This document shows, in pieces, positions 34,219 through 44,563 of a stretch of DNA of 64,000 nucleotides. Location of the stretch: positions 87,210-151,209 of the forward strand of contig CALZEE010000007.1 of assembly GCA_945639195.1 (NCBI GenBank), read 5' to 3'. The position numbers and the translations under genes are program-made. Position 1 is the first letter of the stretch. Each line of letters opens with the position of its first letter. The stretch is from an uncultured Ignatzschineria sp. (GTDB lineage: Bacteria > Pseudomonadota > Gammaproteobacteria > Cardiobacteriales > Wohlfahrtiimonadaceae). Below the pieces are notes generated by a model, which saw only the letters and a list, made by a program, of their open reading frames with translations, was not told where the DNA came from and ran no database searches.

Positions 34219-34289
34219 CTGCTAATAGATGATTAATGATTAAAATTACTCATCAAAAATTACTCATTAAAAATTAATTGTGAAAAATA

Positions 34290-36281
34290 TTACTTTTTCT
34301 GTAAGAACAAGGCGCGAATCGCTTCGATTTGTTCTGGGCTATCAGCCAGTTTTTTCATTAAATTTGCACTTGAAAGGTTCGTTAAATCTTCAGATTTAAT
34401 GCCTCCTTCCATTAAGACATCTTTAATGTCATCGATCACGCTTCTATCGCCCGCAACATACTCTTTTACTAATGGATTAAGCACTTCACTATTGCCATAT
34501 TTCGCGTCAACAGTTGCTGCGCCCATGACTGCTTCACGGATCTCTCGCATGCCTTCGCCACCAAAGAGTTTGATATCTGCATTTGCAAGTGCATTCGCTA
34601 AGACGCGGCCATTTTCGATATTAACGGCTTTGTTTGCTTCAATACTAGAGAGTCGTAACTCTTTATCCATATTGAGCTGCATTACCCATTTATCATGCTC
34701 ACGTGCCGTATCATCATATTTTTGAGCAGCTTCAAAGCGCGCTGACTGAGCTTCTGCTTCTGCATGCCCTTTTTGACGAATAACATCGCTTTCTGCCTTT
34801 TCAACTTCGATACGAGCAAGTCCTTCTTTTTGAATTTCCATCTCGATCGCAGCGGCCATACGCTCTTTCGCAATAGCACGATTCTCTTCAGAGATGAGAT
34901 GTGCTTTTGCCTGATTCTCCTCATAGATATAGAGCGCTTCTGCTTCTTTTGTTTTCACTAAGAGCTGATTCTCGGCAATACGGGCATCTTTTTTCGTTTG
35001 CGCATCGACTTCTAGTAAGAGGCGTTCGCTCTCTTCTTTCATCGCTTCTTTTTCTGCACGAGCAAGGGCTAATTTATGGACGACTTCCGCTTCAGCTAAT
35101 GCTTCGGCTTCCGTCAAGGTCACCTTTTTGTGACGGTTTGCCGCTTCAAAGGCTCTAAGATTTTTAGTCTCTTCCTCTTCACGCGCGATTTTACGCTCGA
35201 TCTCAGTGATTTGTGCACGCTTTTCAACGACTTGTTTGCGAGCTTCTTCGATCAATGCATCTTTCTCCATCTCCTGAGAAGAGACTTCGCGTTCCGTTTT
35301 AACACGTTCTGTGCCTTTTGCACGGTTAACTTCTTCCTGAGAGATAACAGTTTGACGCTCTGTACCAATGCGAGTAAGTTCAATTTCCATCTCCATCAGT
35401 TTTTCACGTTTACCAATCTCTTCTTCTGCTGAAAGGCGCGCAAGTTCTTCACGCTGAATATTTTCTTGGTTTTTCTCTTCAGTAAGTGCGCGTTCTTGCA
35501 GTCTGATAACTTCAATCTCACGCTTGGTACGCGCTTCAACTTCTTGCTCTTGTTTTTCCAATTGGAGGCGATTGGAGTTTGCTTCCACATTTTTCTGCTT
35601 GATATTCGTCATCTCATCTTGACGAATGGCATTGGTCTCAATGTTCTTGGTCGAGGTGATCTCCGCAATCTTACGAATCCCTTCAACGTCTAATATATTT
35701 TGAGGGTTATGAGCATCAAATGCCGTTTGATCAATACGGTCGATGACAACGTCATAGATCTTAAAGCCATCCATCTCTTCGCCGATCACTTCAATCACTT
35801 TTTCTCGGAATTCGAGGCGATTAGTGAGAAGTTCTTCAAAATCGAATTGCTTTACAGCTGTTTTAAGCGCTTCAGAAAACTTCGGTTGGAAGTGCTCAGA
35901 AAGTTGTGCTGGGTCAGAGGCGCCGCGAGTTGTGAAAAGTTTTGCGACACGGATAATATCGGCTTCAATGTGATTCACGCCAATATAGAAATCTACTTTG
36001 AGGTCAGCACGAATGTTATCTTTACAGTGCAAGCCTTCGTACTCATCTCCTTGTGCATCTTTACGTCCACTGCGGCTTACGGAGATTTTTTTACGGGTGA
36101 TATCCATAAATTCATAACGATTGACTACCGGCCAGATAAAAGTCCCCGTCAGTGACGCGCGTGTTTTTGAAATACCGTTAACAATGAGTGCTTCACCTTC
36201 GCGACGAATCTTTTTATAGCGAGTGGTTAAGAACATCAAAATGATGATTAGGCCAGCTGCGCCTAAGTAGAGAAAGTTCAT
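34290..36281 (-). CDS. yqiK: SPFH/band-7 flotillin-family protein (YqiK/FloT-like) with a long Glu/Ala/Lys-rich coiled-coil tail
   Basis: 663 aa. N-terminal TM segment, SPFH-like core, then EA-rich coiled coil. A 4-bp ATGA overlap with the upstream NfeD-like gene. Confidence 0.85.
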   Translation of the reverse strand: MNFLYLGAAGLIIILMFLTTRYKKIRREGEALIVNGISKTRASLTGTFIWPVVNRYEFMDITRKKISVSRSGRKDAQGDEYEGLHCKDNIRADLKVDFYIGVNHIEADIIRVAKLFTTRGASDPAQLSEHFQPKFSEALKTAVKQFDFEELLTNRLEFREKVIEVIGEEMDGFKIYDVVIDRIDQTAFDAHNPQNILDVEGIRKIAEITSTKNIETNAIRQDEMTNIKQKNVEANSNRLQLEKQEQEVEARTKREIEVIRLQERALTEEKNQENIQREELARLSAEEEIGKREKLMEMEIELTRIGTERQTVISQEEVNRAKGTERVKTEREVSSQEMEKDALIEEARKQVVEKRAQITEIERKIAREEEETKNLRAFEAANRHKKVTLTEAEALAEAEVVHKLALARAEKEAMKEESERLLLEVDAQTKKDARIAENQLLVKTKEAEALYIYEENQAKAHLISEENRAIAKERMAAAIEMEIQKEGLARIEVEKAESDVIRQKGHAEAEAQSARFEAAQKYDDTAREHDKWVMQLNMDKELRLSSIEANKAVNIENGRVLANALANADIKLFGGEGMREIREAVMGAATVDAKYGNSEVLNPLVKEYVAGDRSVIDDIKDVLMEGGIKSEDLTNLSSANLMKKLADSPEQIEAIRALFLQKK

Positions 36282-37069
36282 AGAAAGAAGCTCCTATATA
36301 AGTGAAAGTAATGAATGACAATAGCCAAAAGAAATCTTTTAGAGGAGTAGAAAGATAAGGATCTTTCAGGGTGATTAAAATAGGTTCTGATAGGTATCAG
36401 CCCATGTTTTTTTGTCGTTGAATCTGCGCTATTGTCTGAATCGACTTTAATAACGAGAAAGCGTTTTTTGGTTTCATTAAATGAGACGATTAAAGCTAAA
36501 TCCCCATAAGTGAGAGGGGAAGACGAAAGATTTTCATCACAATAGACATTGAGATAATCTTCTCGCCCACTGTGATCTTTAATTGATATCTCTCCAAAAT
36601 TTGCTGTCACTTTTGTCGTTTTAATAGCGCCTGTCATGCCAATATAATTGACTGTGGCAAATGCTTTTTTCTGATCTAGGAAGGAAGAAAAAGGTTTGAG
36701 TGCCCAACTTGCAAGATGAAGTGAGATAAAAAAAATCACAAAAAGAGCTATAACTGCGGCAATCCAATAAAAAATGCCGGGGAGCATAATTAGAAAATCT
36801 TGGATAAGATAAGAGATCACTGTCGCAATAAAAAAGACAATGGAGAGGGAGACTAAAAGAGGTAATTGAGCAAGTCGCTGAGGGAAGAAGATATCTAATA
36901 TAGAAAGAGAGCTTGCTTCTGTCTCTACGTCAATATCAAATTCAAACGGTAATTCTAAGTTTCCCAAAAATCCTGTCACTAAAGAGATCAGCATCAATAT
37001 TAATAGGACGCAATATGCCCAGAAAAAAAATAGCGTAGGGAATATGGATGTTAAGTCCGAAAAAGCCAC
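36278..37069 (-). CDS. yqiJ: NfeD/YqiJ-like membrane protein. N-terminal TM helices, an acidic loop and a C-terminal OB-fold-like beta domain. Partner of the flotillin.
   Basis: GTG start at 37067-37069 with a perfect AGGAGG 5 nt upstream. Hydrophobic N-terminal half, FEFDIDVETEAS acidic stretch, C-terminal GMTGAIKTTKVTANFGEISIKDHSG...LALIVSFNE. Confidence 0.7.
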   Translation of the reverse strand: MAFSDLTSIFPTLFFFWAYCVLLILMLISLVTGFLGNLELPFEFDIDVETEASSLSILDIFFPQRLAQLPLLVSLSIVFFIATVISYLIQDFLIMLPGIFYWIAAVIALFVIFFISLHLASWALKPFSSFLDQKKAFATVNYIGMTGAIKTTKVTANFGEISIKDHSGREDYLNVYCDENLSSSPLTYGDLALIVSFNETKKRFLVIKVDSDNSADSTTKKHGLIPIRTYFNHPERSLSFYSSKRFLLAIVIHYFHLYRSFFL

Positions 37070-37351
37070 AATAGCCTCCTGCAAAATTTCTTATTGGTGA
37101 GGGGAAGCATTTGGAGAGAGTGATTCCTCTCACCAATAAGGAAAATTAAACCGAATAATTATATTAGGGAGTATTTTGTCAGGATCAGTAAATAGGGGCT
37201 TTACAACAAGAGTGATCAATCATTGCTTAATATAGGTCATTTTTGAGACCCTAATTTAAAATAGAAAAGGCTATTAAAAATAGACAGACATAAAAAATCC
37301 CGATGCTTAAAGCGATCGGGATTTGTATGATTTATAAAAGACGTTTACTGA

Positions 37352-39937
37352 TTAGTTCGCAACGATATTCACAAGGCGATTAGGCACGACAATGACGCGT
37401 CGAATCGTTCCTTCGATGAATTTTACTGCATTTTCATTTGCAAGCGCTTCTTTTTCAATCTCTTCTTTAGAGGCAGATGCCGGAACAATGATCTCCCCAC
37501 GAAGGCGACCATTTACCTGAACCATATACTTCACTTCATCCGCTACAAGTGCTGATTCTGAAGGTTGTGGTAATGCATGACCTAAGATATCGTCACCAAA
37601 GAGTGATTCCCAAATAGTATGCACAATATGCGGCACGATAGGGCTTAATAGGCGAAGCATAATTGAGAAGCCTTCTTGCTTCACAGCAGCATCATCTTTA
37701 GAATCTTTGAGTTTTCCTAAGATGTTAAGAATGATCATATTTGCAGAGATGACGGTATTGAAGTGGAAACGCTCATAGTCATAAAGCGCTTTTTTCAATT
37801 CTTGGTGGATCTCGCGACGAGCATCTTTTGCGGCTTTATCTGTAATCGCGTCCGCATTGAGCGTTGTATCTTTCAGTAATGCTTGGTTCTCATAAGCAAA
37901 GTTCCAGATACGACGTAAGAAGCGATCTGCACCTTCAAGGCCTGCATCAGACCATTCGAGTGATTGCTCTGGTGGAGAAGTGAACATCATGAAGAGGCGT
38001 GAAACGTCTGCCCCAAATTCTTTGATAATCGCTTCTGGGTCCACACCGTTATTCTTCGATTTACCCATTTTTTGGATACCGTAGTAATTAACCGGTTCGC
38101 CATCTGCTTTTAAGAAGTATTCTTTCTTACCATCTACTTCACGCGAATCAACATCTTTCACGTTGAACCACTCATAGCCTTTTGAGCCATGGCGGAAGAA
38201 TGAAGGCGCAACCACCATTCCTTGTGTTAAGAGTGCTTTGAAAGGTTCAGGACCTACTTTTTCAGTATCTCCGAGTAAGCCTTCATTGCGCATCAATTTA
38301 TGGAAGAAGCGTGAATAGAGAAGGTGCAGAATTGCGTGTTCAACGCCGCCAATATATTGGTCTACAGGAAGCCATGCAGTTGCAGCAGCCGGATCAATCA
38401 TTCCTTTGTCGTAGTTATTACATGCAAAGCGCGCGTAGTACCAAGATGATTCTACGAAAGTATCCATGGTATCAGTTTCGCGTTCAGCCGCGCCGCCACA
38501 ACTTGGGCAAGCCACATTCTTGAACGAGTCAAGTTTGTTAAGCGGGTTACCAGAGCCATCAGGGATACAATCTGTTGGTAAAACAACCGGAAGATCTTTC
38601 TCAGGAACCGGTACTTCACCACAGCTTGGGCAGTTGATGATGGGGATTGGGCAACCCCAATAACGTTGGCGAGAGATTCCCCAGTCACGAAGGCGATATT
38701 GTGTTTTTGCCTGACCACGTGATTTTTCACTGAGTGCCGCACCGATTTTTTCGAATGCTTCATCAAAGTTAAGACCTGTGAATTCACCTGAGTTAATGAG
38801 CGTGCCATGTTCAGCAAGTGAATCGTGCCAAGCATCCGTTGAGATATTCCCATCTGCAGGTTCAATCACAACTTTAATTGGGAGGTTGTATTTTTTAGCA
38901 AAGCCAAAGTCACGAACATCATGCGCCGGAACGGCCATTACAGCACCGTCGCCATATGCCATTAAGACATAGTTAGCAACCCAGATCGCAACTTTTTCGC
39001 CTGTTAATGGGTGCGTTGCAAATTCGCCTGTAGGCATTCCTTTCGCTTCTTGCGTCGCAAAGTCTGCTTCACTTGTGCCTGTTTTTTGGCACTCTTTAAT
39101 AAATTCTGCAAGCTCAGGATTATTGATCGCCGCTTTTGCTGCAATCGGATGCTCAGGGGCAACCGCAACATAAGTAACGCCCATTAAAGTATCAGGACGT
39201 GTTGTGAAGACATTAAATTGACCTTCATCGTGAAGGAAAGTCACTTCCATCCCTTGTGATTTACCAATCCAGTTCGCTTGCATCGTGCGAACTTGCTCTG
39301 GCCACTCTTCAAGAAGATCAAGATCATCTAAGAGCTCATCTGCATAATCTGTGATTTTGAAGTAGTACATCGGAATTTCACGACGCTCAACAAGTGCGTC
39401 AGAACGCCAACCGCGGCCATCAATGACTTGCTCGTTGGCAAGCACAGTTTGGTCAACAGGATCCCAGTTAACGATCCCTTTTTTGCGGTAAATAACGCCT
39501 TTTTTATAGAGTTGAAGGAAGAACCATTGCTCCCAACCATAATATTCAGGATCGCATGTTGAGAATTCACGTGACCAGTCGAACCCGAAACCGAGCTCTT
39601 TAAATTGTCTTTTCATATAGACAATATTTTTATTGGTCCATGAATGTGGTGATACTTTGTTATCGATTGCCGCATTTTCTGCCGGCATTCCGAAAGCATC
39701 CCAACCGATTGGTTGCATCACGTTGTAACCGCTCATTTTTTTGTAGCGTGTGATCACATCGCCGATGGTGTAGTTACGAACGTGACCCATATGGAGTCGG
39801 CCCGATGGATAAGGGAACATCGAGAGGCAGTAGTAATTGGGCTTATCCGTGTTATCTGCCACTGTAAAGGAGGCATTCTTTTCCCAAAATGCTTGCGCAG
39901 AGGCCTCTATAGAGACCGCTTCGTAGGTTGGTTTCAT
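37352..39937 (-). CDS. leuS: Leucyl-tRNA synthetase
   Basis: [13 protein letters not shown] (HIGH) and KMGKSKNN (KMSKS). Start set at MKPTYEAV with RBS AAGGA. The listed ORF is 23 codons longer without support. Confidence 0.95.
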   Translation of the reverse strand: MKPTYEAVSIEASAQAFWEKNASFTVADNTDKPNYYCLSMFPYPSGRLHMGHVRNYTIGDVITRYKKMSGYNVMQPIGWDAFGMPAENAAIDNKVSPHSWTNKNIVYMKRQFKELGFGFDWSREFSTCDPEYYGWEQWFFLQLYKKGVIYRKKGIVNWDPVDQTVLANEQVIDGRGWRSDALVERREIPMYYFKITDYADELLDDLDLLEEWPEQVRTMQANWIGKSQGMEVTFLHDEGQFNVFTTRPDTLMGVTYVAVAPEHPIAAKAAINNPELAEFIKECQKTGTSEADFATQEAKGMPTGEFATHPLTGEKVAIWVANYVLMAYGDGAVMAVPAHDVRDFGFAKKYNLPIKVVIEPADGNISTDAWHDSLAEHGTLINSGEFTGLNFDEAFEKIGAALSEKSRGQAKTQYRLRDWGISRQRYWGCPIPIINCPSCGEVPVPEKDLPVVLPTDCIPDGSGNPLNKLDSFKNVACPSCGGAAERETDTMDTFVESSWYYARFACNNYDKGMIDPAAATAWLPVDQYIGGVEHAILHLLYSRFFHKLMRNEGLLGDTEKVGPEPFKALLTQGMVVAPSFFRHGSKGYEWFNVKDVDSREVDGKKEYFLKADGEPVNYYGIQKMGKSKNNGVDPEAIIKEFGADVSRLFMMFTSPPEQSLEWSDAGLEGADRFLRRIWNFAYENQALLKDTTLNADAITDKAAKDARREIHQELKKALYDYERFHFNTVISANMIILNILGKLKDSKDDAAVKQEGFSIMLRLLSPIVPHIVHTIWESLFGDDILGHALPQPSESALVADEVKYMVQVNGRLRGEIIVPASASKEEIEKEALANENAVKFIEGTIRRVIVVPNRLVNIVAN

Positions 39938-40229
39938 CCTATAAAATCCTTGTTTGATAGAAGAGATACAACAAATGCGATTGATGCAGGCATTATCAAA
40001 GGTCATTGCGAAGAGAAGGGGCTTTAAGTACCTCAGATAATTCTCCGCAAACTTGATATTTATGACTGCATCAACATATTAATTTTTAACCCCGCTATTA
40101 TACACTAACTTTAAAGGCAATTGTCCTAATGGATCGGGAACTTTATAACAAATGTTCATCTGTTCTTGTGGAATCTTGGTATAATAACCGACTTGCTTTA
40201 TGTCACGGAAATGTAGGAATATTCATATT

Positions 40230-41000
40230 ATGACAAGTCAGCCCACTCTGATTGTAGAAAACATCCATAAATCGTTTGGCGATAGAGAGATTTTGAAAGG
40301 AATTTCGCTTACGCTCAACAAAGGTGATGTTGTCTCTATGCTTGGTGCATCAGGCTCAGGAAAGAGTACCTTCTTGCGTTGCATTAATCTTTTGGAAAAT
40401 CCTAATCAAGGATCGATTACGCTCAATGGCGAAAAATTGGTGTTGGTTACAGGAGAGAATGGCTTGGTGGCGAAAGATGCTAAAGCCTTACAGAAAATGC
40501 GCTCAGAGCTTGGAATGGTCTTCCAAAACTTCAATCTTTGGGGACATATGACAGTGCTCGAAAATATGATTGAAGCGCCGATGCATGTGTTGGGGCTCTC
40601 TAAAAAAGAGGCTAAAGAGCGCGCGTTAAAGCTACTTGCAAAAGTGGGAATGAGTGAGCGAGTGAATGATTATCCGATCTCTCTTTCAGGTGGGCAGCAG
40701 CAACGAGTGGCAATTGCTAGAGCACTAGCAATGGAGCCAAGTGTGATTCTGTTTGATGAACCAACATCCGCATTAGACCCAGAACTTGTTCATGAAGTTT
40801 TAACCGTCATGCAAGGGCTTGCAAAAGAGGGAATGACGATGATTGTGGTGACGCATGAGATGGATTTTGCGCGAAATGTTTCTAATCGCGTGGTCTTCTT
40901 CCATGAAGGTCGAATTGAAGAAGAGGGCGATCCTCAAGAGCTCTTTACTAACCCAAAATCAGATCGCTTTAAGCAATTTATTAAGCACTACAATCGTTAA
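40230..41000 (+). CDS. ABC transporter ATP-binding protein of the polar amino-acid type (ArtP/HisP/TcyN-like). No permease or binding protein nearby.
   Basis: Walker [10 protein letters not shown], signature [15 protein letters not shown], Walker [13 protein letters not shown]-loop VTHEM. Start at MTSQPTL. Confidence 0.85.
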   Translation: MTSQPTLIVENIHKSFGDREILKGISLTLNKGDVVSMLGASGSGKSTFLRCINLLENPNQGSITLNGEKLVLVTGENGLVAKDAKALQKMRSELGMVFQNFNLWGHMTVLENMIEAPMHVLGLSKKEAKERALKLLAKVGMSERVNDYPISLSGGQQQRVAIARALAMEPSVILFDEPTSALDPELVHEVLTVMQGLAKEGMTMIVVTHEMDFARNVSNRVVFFHEGRIEEEGDPQELFTNPKSDRFKQFIKHYNR

Positions 41001-41159
41001 TGGTGTTCCAAGAACGCAGGTGACACTATACAGTATGCATTGAGCTCCGAAAGGGGCTCTTTTGTTTTGGGGAATTACGTTATAATCCTTAGAACTATTT
41101 AATATGCCGGCATTATTTCGAGAGGGATAATGCGAGGCCTTTACTAATAAGAGATAGAT

Positions 41160-42803
41160 ATGAAAATCAATTTAGATACCTTTGGACTCCCCGAATTTGA
41201 GACGGCTGATGCAGATGTCGTAAGTAAGCTCCCCTCAAAACCGCAATTTTCCAATATGATCTATCTTGATTATGCGGCAACAACTCCTGTCGCGCCGGAG
41301 GTGATCGAAACCATGGTATCGGCGATGGAGAGCGATTGGGCGAATGTGAGCAGTCCGCATGAGCTTGGCGTAATGACAGCACAAAAAGTGAATCAGGCGC
41401 TGGCGACGATTGCCGGACATTTTAATGTAAATGCCGATGAAATTATTATGACAAGCGGTTCAACAGAGTCGATTAATCATGCGCTAAAAGGCGTTCTCCG
41501 GGCGCAAAAGAAAAAAGAGATTATCACCACGACGATTGAACATAAAGCGGTGATTAATACGGTGCAAGCCTTGATGAAAGAGGGCTATCGGGGGAAATTT
41601 GTCGCGCCCAATGCTCAGGGCGAGATCACGGCTTCTATGATTGAAGCAATGATTACGGATGAAACGGCTTTGATATCACTTATCTGGGTGAATAATGAGA
41701 CAGGCGATAAGCTCCCTGTTGAAGCGATTGCGAAAATTGCCCGTGAACGGAAGATTCCGATTCATATTGATGCGACCCAAGCGGCGCCCCATTTTCAATT
41801 TGATGCATCACAATTTGACCTTGTGAGCCTTTCGGCACATAAATGCTATGGGCCTAAAGGGCTTGGCTTGCTATATCGCCGGAGTTTCCCTAAGCTCCCG
41901 ATGCTCCCTATTATTGATGGTAGTGGTGCGCAATTGGCGCTTCGTGCAGGAACAATGCCAAATGAAGGCGTGATGGGATTTGCTAAAGCACTTTCATTAA
42001 TTGCACAAAACTGGCAAGAAGAGCGCTATCGCCTCGCAAAATTAGAAGGCTATTTAATGCATCGATTACGGGAATTTGGCGTAGAAATTAATAGTGGAGC
42101 GCCAGAAGGTGAGCGTGAACCTGGGGTACTAAATCTCTATATTCCCGGCGTGCATGCCGATACTTTAATGGCATTAACCCCGAAACTTTCGTTAGCAAAA
42201 GGCTCGGCGTGTAATAGCGATAGCTCGTTAGCATCGTATGTTTTGACAGAGATGGGCTATTCAGTTACAAGAGCACTCTCCTCAATTAGAGTGAGCGTGG
42301 GGCGCTTTACGAGCGAAGAGGAGATCTTTGCTGCGGGCGAGATGTTAGCATCTGCTATCGAGTTTATTCAAAATATGGCAAACGGTGCGCCGGCGAGTTG
42401 GTATGGGGAATATAATCTTCATGATCGATATATGGGTGCGGTATTGGAGCCTGATCTTGTATTGCCGGAATCAGCGGGGGCAGTTGGATTAAGGGGATCA
42501 AAGGCATCACAGAACCTCTGCACTATTGCTAAAGACCACTTTAGTCTTGAGTTACAAGGGCGCATTAAAAAACAGACGCAAGATGATGGTAATGTTCTGA
42601 GTTTTGAAATGCTTGATGTCTGCGTCTTTGGTGCGCCATATTACTTGGCGCTTGCCAATGATTTAGCGATTGCGCTGAGAGATGAGCAGATTACAGAGAA
42701 TCTCTCTTTAGAAAAATTATTGGGCCTAAAAGTGCCTTCAGAATATTTGCGTGATACGCTCTTTATTGAGAAGGCACTTCGAGAGTTTGTGAAAAGCCAC
42801 TAA
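41160..42803 (+). CDS. Class-V aminotransferase-fold cysteine desulfurase (NifS/IscS-like) with an unusual roughly 150-aa C-terminal extension
   Basis: PLP-Lys motif SAHKCYGPKG. Active-site Cys loop AKGSACNSDS. Residues about 400-547 have no NifS counterpart. Confidence 0.7.
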   Translation: MKINLDTFGLPEFETADADVVSKLPSKPQFSNMIYLDYAATTPVAPEVIETMVSAMESDWANVSSPHELGVMTAQKVNQALATIAGHFNVNADEIIMTSGSTESINHALKGVLRAQKKKEIITTTIEHKAVINTVQALMKEGYRGKFVAPNAQGEITASMIEAMITDETALISLIWVNNETGDKLPVEAIAKIARERKIPIHIDATQAAPHFQFDASQFDLVSLSAHKCYGPKGLGLLYRRSFPKLPMLPIIDGSGAQLALRAGTMPNEGVMGFAKALSLIAQNWQEERYRLAKLEGYLMHRLREFGVEINSGAPEGEREPGVLNLYIPGVHADTLMALTPKLSLAKGSACNSDSSLASYVLTEMGYSVTRALSSIRVSVGRFTSEEEIFAAGEMLASAIEFIQNMANGAPASWYGEYNLHDRYMGAVLEPDLVLPESAGAVGLRGSKASQNLCTIAKDHFSLELQGRIKKQTQDDGNVLSFEMLDVCVFGAPYYLALANDLAIALRDEQITENLSLEKLLGLKVPSEYLRDTLFIEKALREFVKSH

Positions 42804-42845
42804 GGTAAATCACGTTTTTTTGTAGTGCTTTAATCCTAAGAATAT

Positions 42846-43466
42846 TTAAGGGATTGTTGAGTTGTAGGACTCGGCAATCCCTTTTTTGATGCGGTTAAAA
42901 ATCGTATAGCAGAGTAAGGCAGAGGTGAGGTATAAAATTGTGTTAATCATAATAGATGGCAGTAAACTTAGCGCAATAAAGACGGCTAGAGCGCCCATGA
43001 TAAAGGCGCGGTCGCTTTTTCCCATTGGGCCATCGTAACGTCTTGATGCGCCGATAAGGGGCGCCATAACCCCGGCATATTCTGAAATAATGGCTAAGAA
43101 TATTAAAAGAAGTACAGCGTAAAGGTGTACGCCGGGCACAAAGATCAATACTAAAAATAGGGCGGTGTCGGCAATCACATCGCAGAGCTCATTTAAATAA
43201 GCGCCGAGAGCGGATTTTTGATCAAATTCGCGGGCAAGCATGCCATCAATCGCATTGAGTGCCATACGGATAAACATCCAAACAGGGATCAGCCACAAAA
43301 TTAGAGTGTTGGGGAGTAATATCACAATAATGCCGGCAATGAGCAGTGAGCCACAACAAGCGAAGAGTGTTACTTGATTTGCGGTGATATTTGCTTTGTG
43401 GAGTATTTTTGTAAAAGGACGTAGCAAGTTTTGAAAAGCAGGTTTTAACTGGTAAATAGAGATCAT
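42846..43466 (-). CDS. CDP-alcohol phosphatidyltransferase family protein, possibly phosphatidylcholine synthase-like. Distinct from pgsA.
   Basis: Motif DGMLAREFDQKSALGAYLNELCDVIAD fits D-G-x2-A-R-x8-G-x3-D-x3-D. RBS AGGAG precedes ATG MISIYQL. The listed ORF has an unsupported 52-codon N-extension. Confidence 0.65.
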   Translation of the reverse strand: MISIYQLKPAFQNLLRPFTKILHKANITANQVTLFACCGSLLIAGIIVILLPNTLILWLIPVWMFIRMALNAIDGMLAREFDQKSALGAYLNELCDVIADTALFLVLIFVPGVHLYAVLLLIFLAIISEYAGVMAPLIGASRRYDGPMGKSDRAFIMGALAVFIALSLLPSIMINTILYLTSALLCYTIFNRIKKGIAESYNSTIP

Positions 43467-43752
43467 TAGGTCTATCTCCTGAGGATTATATAGGTCGTAG
43501 TATTGTCTTTGATTCTTGGTGTTTTGTATTTGAGTAATAATCAATATTATATGATTTGAAAATGTAGATGTCTGGTGTGATTTTCTGGTAAAAGTATGGC
43601 AGTGTTTGGTTATTTTTATCAATGGTTAGAATAATAAACAAATATATAGGCGATATCTTGATTTTTTTATAATATAATACGGATATTAGATTTTAATCAT
43701 ATTAAATTTATATGTTTTTATGAAATTCACCTGTTTAAATAAGGTTGTTGCA

Positions 43753-44460
43753 ATGAAGAAGATGGCACTTTTGTTAGGTAGCGTTGGGATTTTTACGGCT
43801 GCTTGTACGCCTCTGCAGATAGATCAGCAGAGTAATCGCGTTACGGATAGGCAGGAAGATGCGACGGCTTGCTTATATCTTTACGATAATGAAAAGATGA
43901 ATGTGGCCCCAGAAGGGTGTATTCCTGTATTGTTAAATCCAGATGCACCAGGTTTAGAGCTTGCGGTTAAGCGAAGAGAATTATCGCAAGATTATGCGAC
44001 ATCTGATGAATGTTGGTGGTGTGCTTATCAGGATGAGGCTTTAAATAAGCTCGTTGAGACTGCGATAGCAGATCCTTTGGGGATTGAAAAAAGAGTAGAG
44101 GTTCTTAAAGAGACTCAAAAAATCATTCAGCGAGATTTAAATGATAAAGCGCAACAGCAAGAAGCGTTGATTACGGGCATTATAGATACCTATTTTGAAG
44201 TGAGTTATTTAAAAGATGCAGTAACCCATACAAAAGCGCAGGTGGATCTTTATCAAGATGTTGTGATTACAACGGACAAAAATCGCGAGATTAAAAAGGC
44301 AACCGCTATTGATTTAGAGCGAGCTAAAGGGCAGTTGGCAAAGTATCAGCATAATCTTCGTCATTATGAGGATCTATTGGGGTATGAGCAGGCTATTTTA
44401 GATGGCGTTGTTTATGGTAAGCCGGTACTCGTTCCTCGATTAACGATAGTTGAGCGATAG
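43753..44460 (+). CDS. Hypothetical lipoprotein
   Basis: MKKMALLLGSVGIFTAAC lipobox. Coiled-coil-prone C-terminus. No family recognised. Confidence 0.45.
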   Translation: MKKMALLLGSVGIFTAACTPLQIDQQSNRVTDRQEDATACLYLYDNEKMNVAPEGCIPVLLNPDAPGLELAVKRRELSQDYATSDECWWCAYQDEALNKLVETAIADPLGIEKRVEVLKETQKIIQRDLNDKAQQQEALITGIIDTYFEVSYLKDAVTHTKAQVDLYQDVVITTDKNREIKKATAIDLERAKGQLAKYQHNLRHYEDLLGYEQAILDGVVYGKPVLVPRLTIVER

Positions 44461-44513
44461 ACTCAGTCTTTTAAAAAACTTTGGTATTTGAAGATGCTTA
44501 AAGGGAATAGCAT

Positions 44514-44551
44514 AAAAAAAGCGCATATTATATTAAATATGCGCTTTTTTT
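44514..44551. terminator. Bidirectional rho-independent terminator between the lipoprotein gene (+) and pgsA (-)
   Basis: AAAAAAA-GCGCATAT-TATATTAA-ATATGCGC-TTTTTTT. Confidence 0.75.
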
Positions 44552-44563
44552 ATTCAATGTTTG

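Noticed and set aside
34399-36155. Series of + and - ORFs (65-151 aa) inside the flotillin gene
   Set aside because: These are by-products of the low-complexity GAA/GCA/AAA-rich coiled-coil coding sequence. They are out-of-frame or antisense to the SPFH gene.
27852-37069. Mobile genetic island or prophage carrying the ATPase locus
   Set aside because: No integrase, transposase, tRNA or direct repeats at the boundaries. Composition is similar to the flanks. It is treated as a chromosomal accessory locus rather than a mobile element.
39938-40006. 23-codon N-terminal extension of leuS ([13 protein letters not shown]...)
   Set aside because: E. coli LeuS aligns from the internal MKPTYEAV start, which has an AAGGA RBS. 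The extension has none.
43467-43622. 52-codon N-terminal extension of the CDP-alcohol phosphatidyltransferase ORF
   Set aside because: AGGAG sits exactly before the internal ATG (MISIYQL). The extension is His/Thr/Gln-rich with no RBS.
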